Shown here: in pieces, positions 8,933 to 18,807 of the stretch | Layout of the letters: each line of letters starts with the position of its first letter | How positions within the stretch are numbered: position 1 is the stretch's first letter | DNA from: a virus | Taxonomy: Duplodnaviria > Caudoviricetes | Direction: 5' to 3' (one strand) | IMG/VR virus record: IMGVR_UViG_3300037484_000250 | Location: 19,529 to 83,528 of that record | DNA length: 64,000 nucleotides | Notes under the pieces: model-generated | Told to the model about the DNA's origin: nothing | Database searches by the model: none | What the model saw: only the letters and a program-made list of their open reading frames with translations | Position numbers and translations under genes: made by a program

Positions 8933-9131
8933 ATGGGATCGAAAAACCGGATTTTCCTGTTCGACGTGTGCGTTTTATGCACCTAAAACAATCGAGATCG
9001 GGAGATGCCGGAGAAAAGCGCCGACGATGAATGGATATCCGGCAGTTTATCCAGAACATGATTGGTGTGGGGATCACAAGGTAGATACGAATCCAAGTAA
9101 AGAAAGATTCAAAGAGCAGAATAAAGTTTGA
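8925..9131 (+). CDS. Small Cys-rich hypothetical protein
   Basis: CSTCAFY...GRCRR...DWCGDH; translationally coupled on both sides. Confidence 0.6.
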   Translation: MDRWDRKTGFSCSTCAFYAPKTIEIGRCRRKAPTMNGYPAVYPEHDWCGDHKVDTNPSKERFKEQNKV

Positions 9132-9772
9132 GAGAAATGAAAACAAAATCATTTCCTTTTTTATTTTGGGGGGAAATGGCTATGTTAACGATGCAAAGGA
9201 AGATGACAGAGGAACAACAAAAAATGGTAGAAGATAATATAAATCTGGCTAGATATATGACTAATAAATGGCTCAAGGGTGGGGTCAGGAATTTTGATTA
9301 TGATGAAATATTTTCCATGTTTTCCTTTGCACTTTGTAAAGCAGCGCGGACGTTCGATCCGAACAAAGGGGCAAAGTTTGCGACATATGCTGGGCGATGT
9401 ATGGAAAATGAAATTAAGATGGCATTTAGAAAAATGGGCAGAATTGGTAGAGAAAATTCACGAATGAATTTTGAAGATCCGATTCATATTGATACTGAGG
9501 GAAATCCTTTGACATTGATGGATATTTACTCCAATGATGATCATCTAAAATATAATGAGATATTAGACATTATGTGTGCGAAAGACGCTTTAGGGATGTT
9601 GAAGGATCGGGAGATACAGATAATTATTTCGAGGTATTTCCATATGAAATCCCAAAAGATAATTGCAGATGAGTTGAAAATATCTCAATCATATATAAGT
9701 AGATTGGAAAAAAAGATAATTAAAAAATTAAAAGATTTTAGTGAAAAGCCTGACAGACAAGAGGTATCATAA
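9128..9772 (+). CDS. Sigma-70 family sigma factor, SigE/SigK-like (copy 1)
   Basis: VEDNINLARY, FDPNKGAKFATYAGRCMENEIKM, SQKIIADELKISQSYISRLEKKII. The true start may be 9176 or 9182. Confidence 0.85.
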   Translation: MREMKTKSFPFLFWGEMAMLTMQRKMTEEQQKMVEDNINLARYMTNKWLKGGVRNFDYDEIFSMFSFALCKAARTFDPNKGAKFATYAGRCMENEIKMAFRKMGRIGRENSRMNFEDPIHIDTEGNPLTLMDIYSNDDHLKYNEILDIMCAKDALGMLKDREIQIIISRYFHMKSQKIIADELKISQSYISRLEKKIIKKLKDFSEKPDRQEVS

Positions 9773-9810
9773 TTTTATCTCTTGACTTTATTTTGTCGGG
9801 AGGTAAAGCG

Positions 9811-10323
9811 ATGAAAAAGATGACGGAGGAGCAGAGGAAACTTGTTGAAGATAATATTTGCCTTGCCGGATATATAGCTAAAAGATATGCAGCTAAAAAC
9901 ATAGAGTATTCATATGATGAGGTTTTTTGTAATGCAGCATATGGATTATGTAAAGCGGGGTTGACTTTTAATCCTGACAAGGGAGCAAAGTTCACTACGT
10001 ATGCAGGACGATGTATCGAAAATGAAATAAAAATGTTAATGCGGAAAAGACCAGTATCGTATGAAACACTTGAAATTATGGATAACAGAATACCAGATGA
10101 ATCCTGTCCAGTAGAATATGGAAGAATTTTAGATCTGATAGTCCTTAAGGAAATATTTGCGACGCTTGAGGATTATGAAAAAACAATTTTTGAGATGCTA
10201 TTCTATTATGATCTACCACAAAAAGATGTGGCGGATGTTTTAAAGATATCCCGTGCATATGTGAGTAGGTTGGCTAAGAAAACTAGGGAAAAAATTGCGA
10301 AACTCAAATTGGGGGAAATTTGA
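9811..10323 (+). CDS. Sigma-70 family sigma factor, SigE/SigK-like (copy 2)
   Basis: VEDNICLAGY, FNPDKGAKFTTYAGRCIENEIKM, PQKDVADVLKISRAYVSRL. GGGAGGT RBS. Confidence 0.85.
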   Translation: MKKMTEEQRKLVEDNICLAGYIAKRYAAKNIEYSYDEVFCNAAYGLCKAGLTFNPDKGAKFTTYAGRCIENEIKMLMRKRPVSYETLEIMDNRIPDESCPVEYGRILDLIVLKEIFATLEDYEKTIFEMLFYYDLPQKDVADVLKISRAYVSRLAKKTREKIAKLKLGEI

Positions 10324-11399
10324 AGATGCAAATTAGAAGTGATCTTAAATCTTGTATCGAGATAGATAAAAATAAAATTGGCGATGGAAAGCCAGTTTTT
10401 ATTGTCGTTGAAACTGGTGTTACTGCTTGCGGTTCGTTAGAGGTGGCTAAGGAACTTATCTATGAAGCGAAGGAAGCGGGAGCGGATGCAGTAAAGTTTC
10501 AAACTATTGATTGTGAAGAGTTTATGTCAGACAGGACAGTTAATTATAGATATAAAACTAGTGAAGGTGCTAAAGAAGAAAATATGTTCGAGATGCTTAA
10601 AAAGCATCAATTTCAACCATTTGAACTTATTGAATTATCAAAGTATGCAAAGAAAATAGGGATCACTTTTTATTTATCTGTCGATTCTATTCGAAGTGTA
10701 GAGTGGGCAGAAGATGCAAACGTTTCTGCTTATAAAATAGGATCGTGGGATTTGAGGAATTATCCCCTTCTTGAGGCAGTTGCGAGGACAGGAAAACCAA
10801 TTCAGATAGATCTAGGCCCGGCAATCATGGGTGAGGTTGTCCAGATCATTGAGTTCCTAGAGAAGCATGGGGCTAGAGAGGTCATGCTCGTTTATTGTAG
10901 TCATGCAAGTTCGATCGAGAAAATAAATTTAAACGGCATCCCTTATCTCAAAGAGATGTTAAATATCCCGATTGGCTATGCTGCAGATACTAGGGATATT
11001 ATTGCAGATTCAATGGCGATCGCTTTAGGTGCTAATCTGATTGAAAAAAGATTGACGCTGGATAGAAATACTATTGGACATCATCATATAAAATCACTTG
11101 ATCCGGTAGAGTTTAGGCAATGGATTTTATTGATTAGACAAGCAGAAAAGGCGTTAGGGGGAAAGAATCTAAAACCGTCAATCGAAGATTTATCAATGAA
11201 AAGTTTATATTTCACTAGTATAGTTGCTAATCGTGACATAGTCGAAGGTGAAGTTATAGTTAAAAATATGTTAGGTGCGAAGAGGCCGGGGACTGGTGTT
11301 TCACCTTTATATGCAGATCAGATGATTGGAAAAAGAGTGAGTAGGGATATCAAGAAAGACGAAGTACTTACTTGGTCAGATTGGTGTAGTTTTATATGA
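10320..11399 (+). CDS. neuB: NeuB-family nonulosonate synthase homolog with SAF domain (degenerate metal-binding motifs)
   Basis: GADAVKFQT, YKIGSWD, IEKRLTLD, C-terminal KRPGTGVSP SAF domain. Confidence 0.8.
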   Translation: MKMQIRSDLKSCIEIDKNKIGDGKPVFIVVETGVTACGSLEVAKELIYEAKEAGADAVKFQTIDCEEFMSDRTVNYRYKTSEGAKEENMFEMLKKHQFQPFELIELSKYAKKIGITFYLSVDSIRSVEWAEDANVSAYKIGSWDLRNYPLLEAVARTGKPIQIDLGPAIMGEVVQIIEFLEKHGAREVMLVYCSHASSIEKINLNGIPYLKEMLNIPIGYAADTRDIIADSMAIALGANLIEKRLTLDRNTIGHHHIKSLDPVEFRQWILLIRQAEKALGGKNLKPSIEDLSMKSLYFTSIVANRDIVEGEVIVKNMLGAKRPGTGVSPLYADQMIGKRVSRDIKKDEVLTWSDWCSFI

Positions 11400-12436
11400 G
11401 AGAGATACAAATTAGAGGAAGAACAATAAGTAGGTATCATAGACCATACACGATTGCAGAGGCGGGAATTAATCATAATGGCAGCTTGAAAATGGCGCTG
11501 GAAATGGTGGGAACTGCTAAGAGATCGGGAGCGGATGCAATAAAATTCCAGACGTTTAAGGCAGATGAATTTTGTAACCCAAAAGCAGAATTGTATCAGA
11601 CATTTAAACAGTGTGAACTTAAAATTGAAGATTGGAAAACAATCAAGAGGGTATGCGATCAGTTAAATCTTACATTTCTTTCGACACCGCAGAATTATAG
11701 TGACCTAGAAATACTCTTAAAATTAGGAGTAAAAGCGATTAAGGTTGGTTCGGATGATCTTACCAATCTCCCTCTTTTGAAAAGATATGCGGAAACAAGA
11801 TTACCGATCATAGTCGGTTGCGGAATGTCTTATCAAGATGAAATCGATAAAGCGGTATTGACTATAAGGGGAGATGAGACGGACTATCCAATTATATTAT
11901 TACATTGTACGTCTCTGTATCCGACGATGCCTGACGAAGTAAATATGAAAAAAATGGATAAGATAAGGAAAGCTTATCCGAATATTATTTTGGGATATTC
12001 AGATCATACGATTGGAAATGTTGCTGCAGTTTTAGGTGTGGGATTTGGGGGAAGGGTATTCGAAACCCATTTTACTATGTCGAATACCATACCGGGGCCG
12101 GATCAGAAATTCAGTAAGAATCCTACTGCTTTAAAAAGTTGGATTGATGCGATCCAGAGGGCAGATAAAATGATGGGGCATGCTGGATTAAAGCCAACTA
12201 AGAACGAAGAAAATATGAGGAAAATTGCAAGGCGAAGTGTGACTGCAGTATCAGATATAAAGAAGGGTGATAAATTCACGAATGAGAATACAGGGATGAT
12301 GAGGCCGGGGGATGGGTTACAACCTGAGAAAATAGTTTTATTCTTGGGTCAAGAAGCTATAAGGGATATTTTGAGAGGTGAGAAACTTCAAAATGAAGAT
12401 ATCGATTATGGCAAAGGCGAAAAGAATATTACTTGA
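11396..12436 (+). CDS. neuB: NeuB-family nonulosonate synthase (PseI/LegI/SpsE-like) with SAF domain
   Basis: AEAGINHNG, GADAIKFQT, IKVGSDD, LLHCTSLYP, GYSDHT, FETHFT, RPGDG. Confidence 0.9.
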   Translation: MREIQIRGRTISRYHRPYTIAEAGINHNGSLKMALEMVGTAKRSGADAIKFQTFKADEFCNPKAELYQTFKQCELKIEDWKTIKRVCDQLNLTFLSTPQNYSDLEILLKLGVKAIKVGSDDLTNLPLLKRYAETRLPIIVGCGMSYQDEIDKAVLTIRGDETDYPIILLHCTSLYPTMPDEVNMKKMDKIRKAYPNIILGYSDHTIGNVAAVLGVGFGGRVFETHFTMSNTIPGPDQKFSKNPTALKSWIDAIQRADKMMGHAGLKPTKNEENMRKIARRSVTAVSDIKKGDKFTNENTGMMRPGDGLQPEKIVLFLGQEAIRDILRGEKLQNEDIDYGKGEKNIT

Positions 12437-12839
12437 TGTTCTCGGACTAGAGGTAAATGATTACCATCCATTTGTTATGATTACTGGTAGACCGATAATT
12501 GGTAAAAATGTTTATATTGGTGCATTTTCGGAAGTTAATGCTAAGAATACTAATGTGATTATCCAAAATGATTGTGATATTGCTTCGTTCGTTGCGATAA
12601 ATGCTGCGGACTCTCATAAGTTATGCCTCGGATTGGTTGGAAAGGTTGAAAGAAAAGGAATTTGGATCGGTAATAATGTCTTCATTGGATCACATTCAGT
12701 AATAAAAGGTGGCACTACTATAGGGCATCATTCGGTAATTGCTGCGGGTTCGATGGTCGGGCCGGGGAAAATCCCGCCTTATTCTTTGGTTTGGGGGAAT
12801 CCTATGAATATTAGAGCAGGATATTATGATAAGTCATAA
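12378..12839 (+). CDS. Hexapeptide-repeat (left-handed beta-helix) acyltransferase
   Basis: IGKNVYIG, IGNNVFIGSHSVI, IGHHSVIAAGS, VWGNP. Confidence 0.85.
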   Translation: MRNFKMKISIMAKAKRILLDVLGLEVNDYHPFVMITGRPIIGKNVYIGAFSEVNAKNTNVIIQNDCDIASFVAINAADSHKLCLGLVGKVERKGIWIGNNVFIGSHSVIKGGTTIGHHSVIAAGSMVGPGKIPPYSLVWGNPMNIRAGYYDKS

Positions 12840-13782
12840 TTGTCCAACATTAGGATCTGATGAACAAAGAGCAGCGAACCGAATCATTGGATCTGGATGG
12901 ATTGGGATGGGAAGGGAAGTCGAAAGATTCGAGAATGAATTATGTAATTATCTAGGACTTCCAGAAGGTCATGCGGTAGCAGTGAGCAGTGGAACGGCAG
13001 CTCTATTTATGGCGATTAAATATTCTCGTAAATTAAATATTTCATATCCGATATATACGTGTTCGGCAGTTAGAAATGCTGTAATAGCAGCAGGGTCTAT
13101 GCCGGAAGCGATGGATGTTGGAATAGATTCAGATATCGTTGTTCATATGTTTGGAATACCGGAAAGGATAAACCATAGACCTATTATTGAGGATGCGGCC
13201 CAAGCATTAGGGGCAAAAGTAAATAATCAATGTGTTGGTACATTTTGTGATTATGGGGTTTTCTCGTTCTCTGCTACGAAGATTATAACAAGTGGTGGGC
13301 AAGGTGGGGCAATAGTTTCTAGGGATAAGGCGAGGATTGATGAAGTTCGAGATTATAGGGAATTTGATATGCGAAACGATCTGTTACCAAGGTTTAATTT
13401 TCAAATGTCAGATTTACAGGCAGCGATTGGGAGAGTTCAACTATCTAAAATAAATAAGTTCATTCAGCGCCGGGAAGAGATATTCAATGAATATGTTCTT
13501 GCTGGTTTTCCAATGGTCAAGAGCACAGATAAATCTATAATAGATGTTCGGTATCGGGCGATCATGAAAATTGATAGAGCGAAAAAAATAATTGATACCT
13601 TGTACAATTATGGGATCAAGGCAATTGTACCGATCGAGGAGTTCGAGTTAATAGGCGATAGGGATCTTTATCCGAATGCCTTAGAGATGACTAGGACAAC
13701 AGTATCGTTACCAATTTATCCAAGTATGACTGATAAAGAAGTCGATTTAATTATTTTGGTGGTGAAAAAATGCCTGTATTAA
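12826..13782 (+). CDS. Second DegT/DnrJ-family aminotransferase
   Basis: VSSGTAAL, IIEDAAQALG, FSFSATKIITSGGQGG, FNFQMSDLQAAIG. Confidence 0.88.
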   Translation: MISHNCPTLGSDEQRAANRIIGSGWIGMGREVERFENELCNYLGLPEGHAVAVSSGTAALFMAIKYSRKLNISYPIYTCSAVRNAVIAAGSMPEAMDVGIDSDIVVHMFGIPERINHRPIIEDAAQALGAKVNNQCVGTFCDYGVFSFSATKIITSGGQGGAIVSRDKARIDEVRDYREFDMRNDLLPRFNFQMSDLQAAIGRVQLSKINKFIQRREEIFNEYVLAGFPMVKSTDKSIIDVRYRAIMKIDRAKKIIDTLYNYGIKAIVPIEEFELIGDRDLYPNALEMTRTTVSLPIYPSMTDKEVDLIILVVKKCLY

Positions 13783-14516
13783 GCCCGAGTAAAAAGATGA
13801 TTCTTACAGCACACCAGAGCAGTTTCCTACCTTGGTTGGGCCTGTTTCATAAAATAGCGATCGCAGATAAATTCGTGCATTTTGATCAAGTGCAGTATTG
13901 CAGTAAGGATTGGATGAATCGAAATAAGATCAAGACTGACCGAGGATATATATGGTTGAGTGTTCCGGTGTTGAATAAAGATCATCGAAGTAAAAAAATA
14001 TCTGATATTGAAATCAATAACCAAACTAGATGGAAAGAAAAACATTGGAAGTCAATTTATCTGGCATATAAAAAGGCCAGATATTTTAATGATTATACAG
14101 CATTCTTTGAAGATGTTTATAAAAGAGATTGGAAATATCTCATTGAACTAAATAATTTTATGTTTGATTGGTATTTAAAAACATTGGGAATAAAGACAGA
14201 AATTGATTATGCAGCCAACTATAAATTTGAAGGATCGAAGAATGATCTTGTCTTAGACATGTGTAAAAAGTTGGAAGCTGACATTTATATATTTGGTGGA
14301 CAGGGTCAAAATTATGCTAACAGATCGGCATTTAGGGAGTGTAATATAGTTCCTTATTTCCAAGAATATATTCACCCAAAGTATACCCAACTTCATGGTG
14401 AGTTTATCCCTTATATGGGAATCATCGATTTATTATTCAATGAAGGGCCGAGATCGTTAGACATAATCATGAGCAGTAATGTCAAGAAAATAACTTTGGA
14501 TGGAAGTGTAAGATGA
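13770..14516 (+). CDS. wbqC: WbqC-family protein
   Basis: HQSSFLPWLGLFHKI, DQVQY...WMNRNKI, WLSVPV, YIFGGQG, Y.QLHGEFIPYMGIIDLLFNEG. Confidence 0.88.
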   Translation: MPVLSPSKKMILTAHQSSFLPWLGLFHKIAIADKFVHFDQVQYCSKDWMNRNKIKTDRGYIWLSVPVLNKDHRSKKISDIEINNQTRWKEKHWKSIYLAYKKARYFNDYTAFFEDVYKRDWKYLIELNNFMFDWYLKTLGIKTEIDYAANYKFEGSKNDLVLDMCKKLEADIYIFGGQGQNYANRSAFRECNIVPYFQEYIHPKYTQLHGEFIPYMGIIDLLFNEGPRSLDIIMSSNVKKITLDGSVR

Positions 14517-15196
14517 TAAATTTATTTAAGGAATGCCCGATACCGGAGAAGGAGTTATTATCGAATCTAAATTTATTTATCAGAAGACAACCCTTGACGA
14601 GAGTTATTTTCCTTTATGAGTTATATAAAAAAATACTTGGAATTCATGGAAATATTTTAGAGTTTGGGGTTAGATGGGGTCAAGATATGGCAATCTTCGA
14701 ATGCTTTAGGGGAATGCTAGAACCATTTAACTACACTAGGAAAATTATTGGATTTGATACGTTCAAGGGATTTCCGAATGTGTCGGATCACGATCAAGAT
14801 GCTAAAGTCGGAGATATGGGAGTCACAGAAGGGTATCGTTATTATTTGGGGAAAGTATTGGCGGAACAAGAGAAAGAGAGTCCGATAACACAGATAACAA
14901 AGCATGAGTTAGTAAAAGGTGATGTTGTTGAGACTATGCCGGAATATCTTTTTAGACATCCAGAAACGATAATTTCCTTGGCGTATTTTGATTTTGATAT
15001 ATATGAACCGACGAAAGTTTGCTTAGATTTATGCAAGGATCGATTTAGTAAAGGCTCGATAATCGCATTTGATGAAGCGAACAATATGAACTGGCCGGGC
15101 GAGACGATCGCAATTCAGGAGATACTTGGAATTAGAAATATAAAACTAGAGAGATTTCCATGGTGTCCGACAATGAGTTATATGGTGGTGGAGTAA
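14513..15196 (+). CDS. TylF/MycF/NovP-related sugar O-methyltransferase
   Basis: GNILEFGVRWG, IIGFDTFKGF, LVKGDV, YFDFDIYEPT, GSIIAFDE. Confidence 0.85.
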   Translation: MINLFKECPIPEKELLSNLNLFIRRQPLTRVIFLYELYKKILGIHGNILEFGVRWGQDMAIFECFRGMLEPFNYTRKIIGFDTFKGFPNVSDHDQDAKVGDMGVTEGYRYYLGKVLAEQEKESPITQITKHELVKGDVVETMPEYLFRHPETIISLAYFDFDIYEPTKVCLDLCKDRFSKGSIIAFDEANNMNWPGETIAIQEILGIRNIKLERFPWCPTMSYMVVE

Positions 15197-15858
15197 TGTT
15201 CTCTAAAGAATGGGAAGAAAGGTATAGTCAGGGTATGAGTCATTCACTTTGGCCTTGGACGGATCTAATTAAATATGTAAATAGATATGGTAATTTAGTA
15301 GCTGGTGATAAGGTCTTAGAATTAGGGCCGGGTATTGGTGCGAATATCCCGTATTTCCTATCTATTGGTGTGGATTATTATGCTATCGAGGGAAGTCCTA
15401 CGGCAGTAAAAATGATCAGAGATAAATATCCAGAATTAGCGGGTAAGATTATCAATGGAGATTTTACAAAAAATATACCCTTTGATATAAAATTTAATCT
15501 AGTTATCGATAGAAGTTCATTGACACATAATGACACTGCGAGCATCATGGATTCGCTCACATTTATTTCTGATAAATTAATGCCGGAAGGGAAATTCATT
15601 GGAATTGATTGGTTTTCTTGGGAACATGGACAAAGAAGATTGGGAAGTCAAGGTCGAGATCCTTATACATTTACATTTGAACAAGGTAAATTTATCAAAT
15701 GTGGAAAGGTTCATTTTAGTACGGAGGCACATATATCTACAGTTTTCGGGGAGTCGGGATTTGAGATAGAAGTACTCGAACATAAAATAAATCAAAATAT
15801 AAAACCAAATGTGGGAAATACAGAGGCAGTATGGAATTTAGTGGCAATGTTAATATGA
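15196..15858 (+). CDS. Class I SAM-dependent methyltransferase
   Basis: VLELGPGIGAN motif I, YAIEGS, DLVIDRSSL. ATG overlaps the upstream stop. Confidence 0.85.
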   Translation: MFSKEWEERYSQGMSHSLWPWTDLIKYVNRYGNLVAGDKVLELGPGIGANIPYFLSIGVDYYAIEGSPTAVKMIRDKYPELAGKIINGDFTKNIPFDIKFNLVIDRSSLTHNDTASIMDSLTFISDKLMPEGKFIGIDWFSWEHGQRRLGSQGRDPYTFTFEQGKFIKCGKVHFSTEAHISTVFGESGFEIEVLEHKINQNIKPNVGNTEAVWNLVAMLI

Positions 15859-16572
15859 GTGATGGGAGAGAAACTTATGGGAGCGTTGGCAATTATTCCA
15901 GCAAGGGGTGGATCGAAACGTCTGATAAATAAAAATATCCAGACTATTAATGGAAAAACATTACTAGAGTATGCGATCCAGACATCGATTGATAGTGGGG
16001 TCTTCTCGGAGATTGTGGTCACTAGTGATGATCGAAGTTATCTGGAAATTGCTTCAAAATATAAAGTAGTTTTACATTTAAGACCACCTAGTTTAAGTGG
16101 TGATTTCTGTAAATTGAGGACATTGGTGAGATATCTACTAGAAATATATTATGCAGAAGGAAATGCATTCGAAAATATGGCGCTTGTTATTCCGACTTCA
16201 CCATTAAGAAATGCTAATGATTTAAGGACGGCATCAGCATTGTTGGATAAGCACCAAGACATAAATGGTGTAATGAGTGTGAGTAATTTGAGATATCCGC
16301 CAAGGCATTCACTTCGAATAAATAAAACAACGGGGTTAGTTGAACCTATGTTCCCAGAGGATATTGATACCCAGCATATGGAATTAGAGCAGGGATATAT
16401 CCATGATGGGTCTGTTATATTTGTGAGAACTAAAAAGTTCATGCAATATGAAGATTTTTATATGCCGAGTATGATGCCATATTATGTGAGTGAAGAAAGA
16501 GCGATGGATATTAATACTCAGAATGATCTAAGGATAGCAAGATTTCTGATGGGAGAGTATGGGAGGAAATAG
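15859..16572 (+). CDS. neuA: Acylneuraminate cytidylyltransferase (NeuA/PseF family)
   Basis: IIPARGGSKRLINKNI, VTSDD, LRPP, PTSPLR, DGSV, AMDINT. Confidence 0.9.
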   Translation: MMGEKLMGALAIIPARGGSKRLINKNIQTINGKTLLEYAIQTSIDSGVFSEIVVTSDDRSYLEIASKYKVVLHLRPPSLSGDFCKLRTLVRYLLEIYYAEGNAFENMALVIPTSPLRNANDLRTASALLDKHQDINGVMSVSNLRYPPRHSLRINKTTGLVEPMFPEDIDTQHMELEQGYIHDGSVIFVRTKKFMQYEDFYMPSMMPYYVSEERAMDINTQNDLRIARFLMGEYGRK

Positions 16573-16573
16573 C

Positions 16574-17278
16574 ATGGCGGATATTCTTATAATTTCAGCT
16601 CATCCGGACGATGAAGTGCTAGGTTGTGGCGGAGTAATAGCGAGATCGGTAAGAGTTGATAATCAAGATGTATACATCGCATATTTGAGTTATGGAGCAA
16701 TGGCAAGAAGACCGGGCGAAGATATGGATGATCTTGAAAAAGAAAAGATCAAAGATAGATCTAGGGCTGCGATATCGGTGTTAATGGGTGTATCGAAATC
16801 AGATATTAAAAAACATTTAAGGTTTGTAGATTTTCCAGACAATCAATTTGATACAGTACCATTCATAAATATTGTTCGTTTGATAGAAGAACTTATCGAT
16901 GAGTTACAACCGGATTGCATATTCACGCATTCCCAGAAAGATTTGAATATTGATCATGTTATAACACACAGGGCAGTATTGACGGCGACAAGACCGATGA
17001 AGGATAAGCATAGAGTATCAGCTATATATACATTTCCTATTCCGTCCAGTACGGAATGGGCATTTTCATCTTTTGGAAGTTTCTCGCCGAATGTATTCTT
17101 TGATATTGCGACATTTACTGAACTGAAAATTAGAGCATTAAAATGTTATGATACAGAGGTGAGAGCATTTCCTCATCCGAGATCGGTTGAACTTATTCAA
17201 GTGATGGCATGTTTTATGGGATCTAGTGTGGGAATGGGGTCGGCAGAGGGGTTTGAAGTTGTTAGGTGTTTGATATGA
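16574..17278 (+). CDS. PIG-L/LmbE-family deacetylase
   Basis: SAHPDDEVLGCGG, FTHS..DLNIDH, HPRS. Confidence 0.88.
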   Translation: MADILIISAHPDDEVLGCGGVIARSVRVDNQDVYIAYLSYGAMARRPGEDMDDLEKEKIKDRSRAAISVLMGVSKSDIKKHLRFVDFPDNQFDTVPFINIVRLIEELIDELQPDCIFTHSQKDLNIDHVITHRAVLTATRPMKDKHRVSAIYTFPIPSSTEWAFSSFGSFSPNVFFDIATFTELKIRALKCYDTEVRAFPHPRSVELIQVMACFMGSSVGMGSAEGFEVVRCLI

Positions 17279-17412
17279 TTTAGGTGTATTAATGGGGGCG
17301 GTTCTAAAGGAATCCCGATGCTGTTCCGCACGGATTTCTTGAGCGATGCTAGGGGGACTGCAGCGTGATAAGTTGGGCAAAGGTGCGCACACTATATGTA
17401 GGTGGTAAATGA

Positions 17413-18758
17413 ATGTTAAGAGCTAAATTATCAAAAAAAAATCTTCTTGGATTGGGTAAAGAAGGATTATGCAAATTCATAAATGAGCTTGAGGTAGATG
17501 AAATAAATTATTTAATTTATAGTTGGGAGGTGTGGGGAAGAAAAAATCAGCTCGAACCGTTGGGAAATTGGTTTTATTGGTTAATCCTTGCGGGTCGTGG
17601 CTGGGGTTAGGTAAGACTAGGACAGGTAGCGAATGGATAAGGAAAAGAGTAGATAATGGTGAGGCGAGGCAGATTGCTTTGGTTGCACCAAGAGCAGCAG
17701 ATGTAAGGGATATAATGGTCGAAGGTACAAGTGGGATATTAAACGTGTTTCCTCCCCATCAAAGACCTTTATATGAGCCATCGAAAAGAAGGATTACTTT
17801 TCATACCGGAGCGATGGCGATAACGTATTCGGGAGATGAACCGGATCAATTACGTGGCCCTAACATAGATACGGCGTGGGTTGACGAATTAGCGAGTGCT
17901 AGGAAACAAAAGGAAATTATGGATATGGTTTCCTTTTGTTTGAGAGTAGGGAAAAATCCACGGTGTATGATAACGACAACGCCAAGACCGACAAAGACTA
18001 TTAAGGAATTGGTGATAGCAAATAATGTTCATATAACAAGAGGATCTACTTTTGAAAACAGGGAGAATTTATCCCCTGTTTTTTTTGATGCCATAATCGA
18101 TAGGCTAGAAAATACCAGATTGGGAAGACAGGAAATTTATGCGGAAGTACTTGATGATAACCCGAAAGCATTATGGAAAAGCAAAAATATCGAAGAGACT
18201 CGGGTGAATAAACATCCGACTTTGGTTAGGGTTGTGGTCGGGGTTGACCCGGCGATCACGGCTAATAAGAATTCGGATGAGACTGGGATTATTGCGGTCG
18301 GTAAGGGAAATGATGGTCACTTTTATATTCTTGATGATAAGTCATGTATTGAGAGTCCGAATGGATGGGGCAATGCGGTAGTATCACTTTACAATAAATT
18401 AAAGGCAGATAGGATCGTCGCAGAAGTTAACCAAGGTGGGGACATGGTTCAGCACGTTATAAAGACGATTGATCCAAATGTGAGCTTCAAGGGAATTCAT
18501 GCAAGTAGGGGAAAGAAGATAAGGGCAGAGCCTATTGCAGCCTTATATGAGCAAAATCGTGTCCATCATCTTGGCACTTACCCAGATTTGGAAACTCAAA
18601 TGATTGAATGGGATGCAGAAAATGATCCTGATTCACCGGATCGGATCGATGCCCTTGTCATTTGCATAACCGAACTTATGGGTGGACTTAAAAAGATTGC
18701 GAGTTATAATCCTGCGGGGATCGAAGATTTTACCCGCGAAAGTCCTCATAAATTTTAA
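17413..18758 (+). pseudogene. terL: Terminase large subunit, split by a 5-nt insertion in Walker A (ORFs 17413-17610 and 17523-18758)
   Basis: ORF1 ends WLILAGRGWG* and ORF2 continues GKTRTGSEW. Downstream: LRGPNIDTAWVDE (Walker B), ITTTPRP, GRQEI, VGVDPA, SPDRIDA nuclease motifs. Confidence 0.8.
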
Positions 18759-18807
18759 AAAAAGGCTAATGAAGTTATTTTATTTTATTGGAGAGGGGTG
18801 ATAGTAA

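Noticed and set aside
17608-17610. Amber stop-codon reassignment explaining the TAG in terL
   Set aside because: The continuation is in a different frame, so read-through would not restore the protein, and TAG serves as a normal stop for many other genes here.
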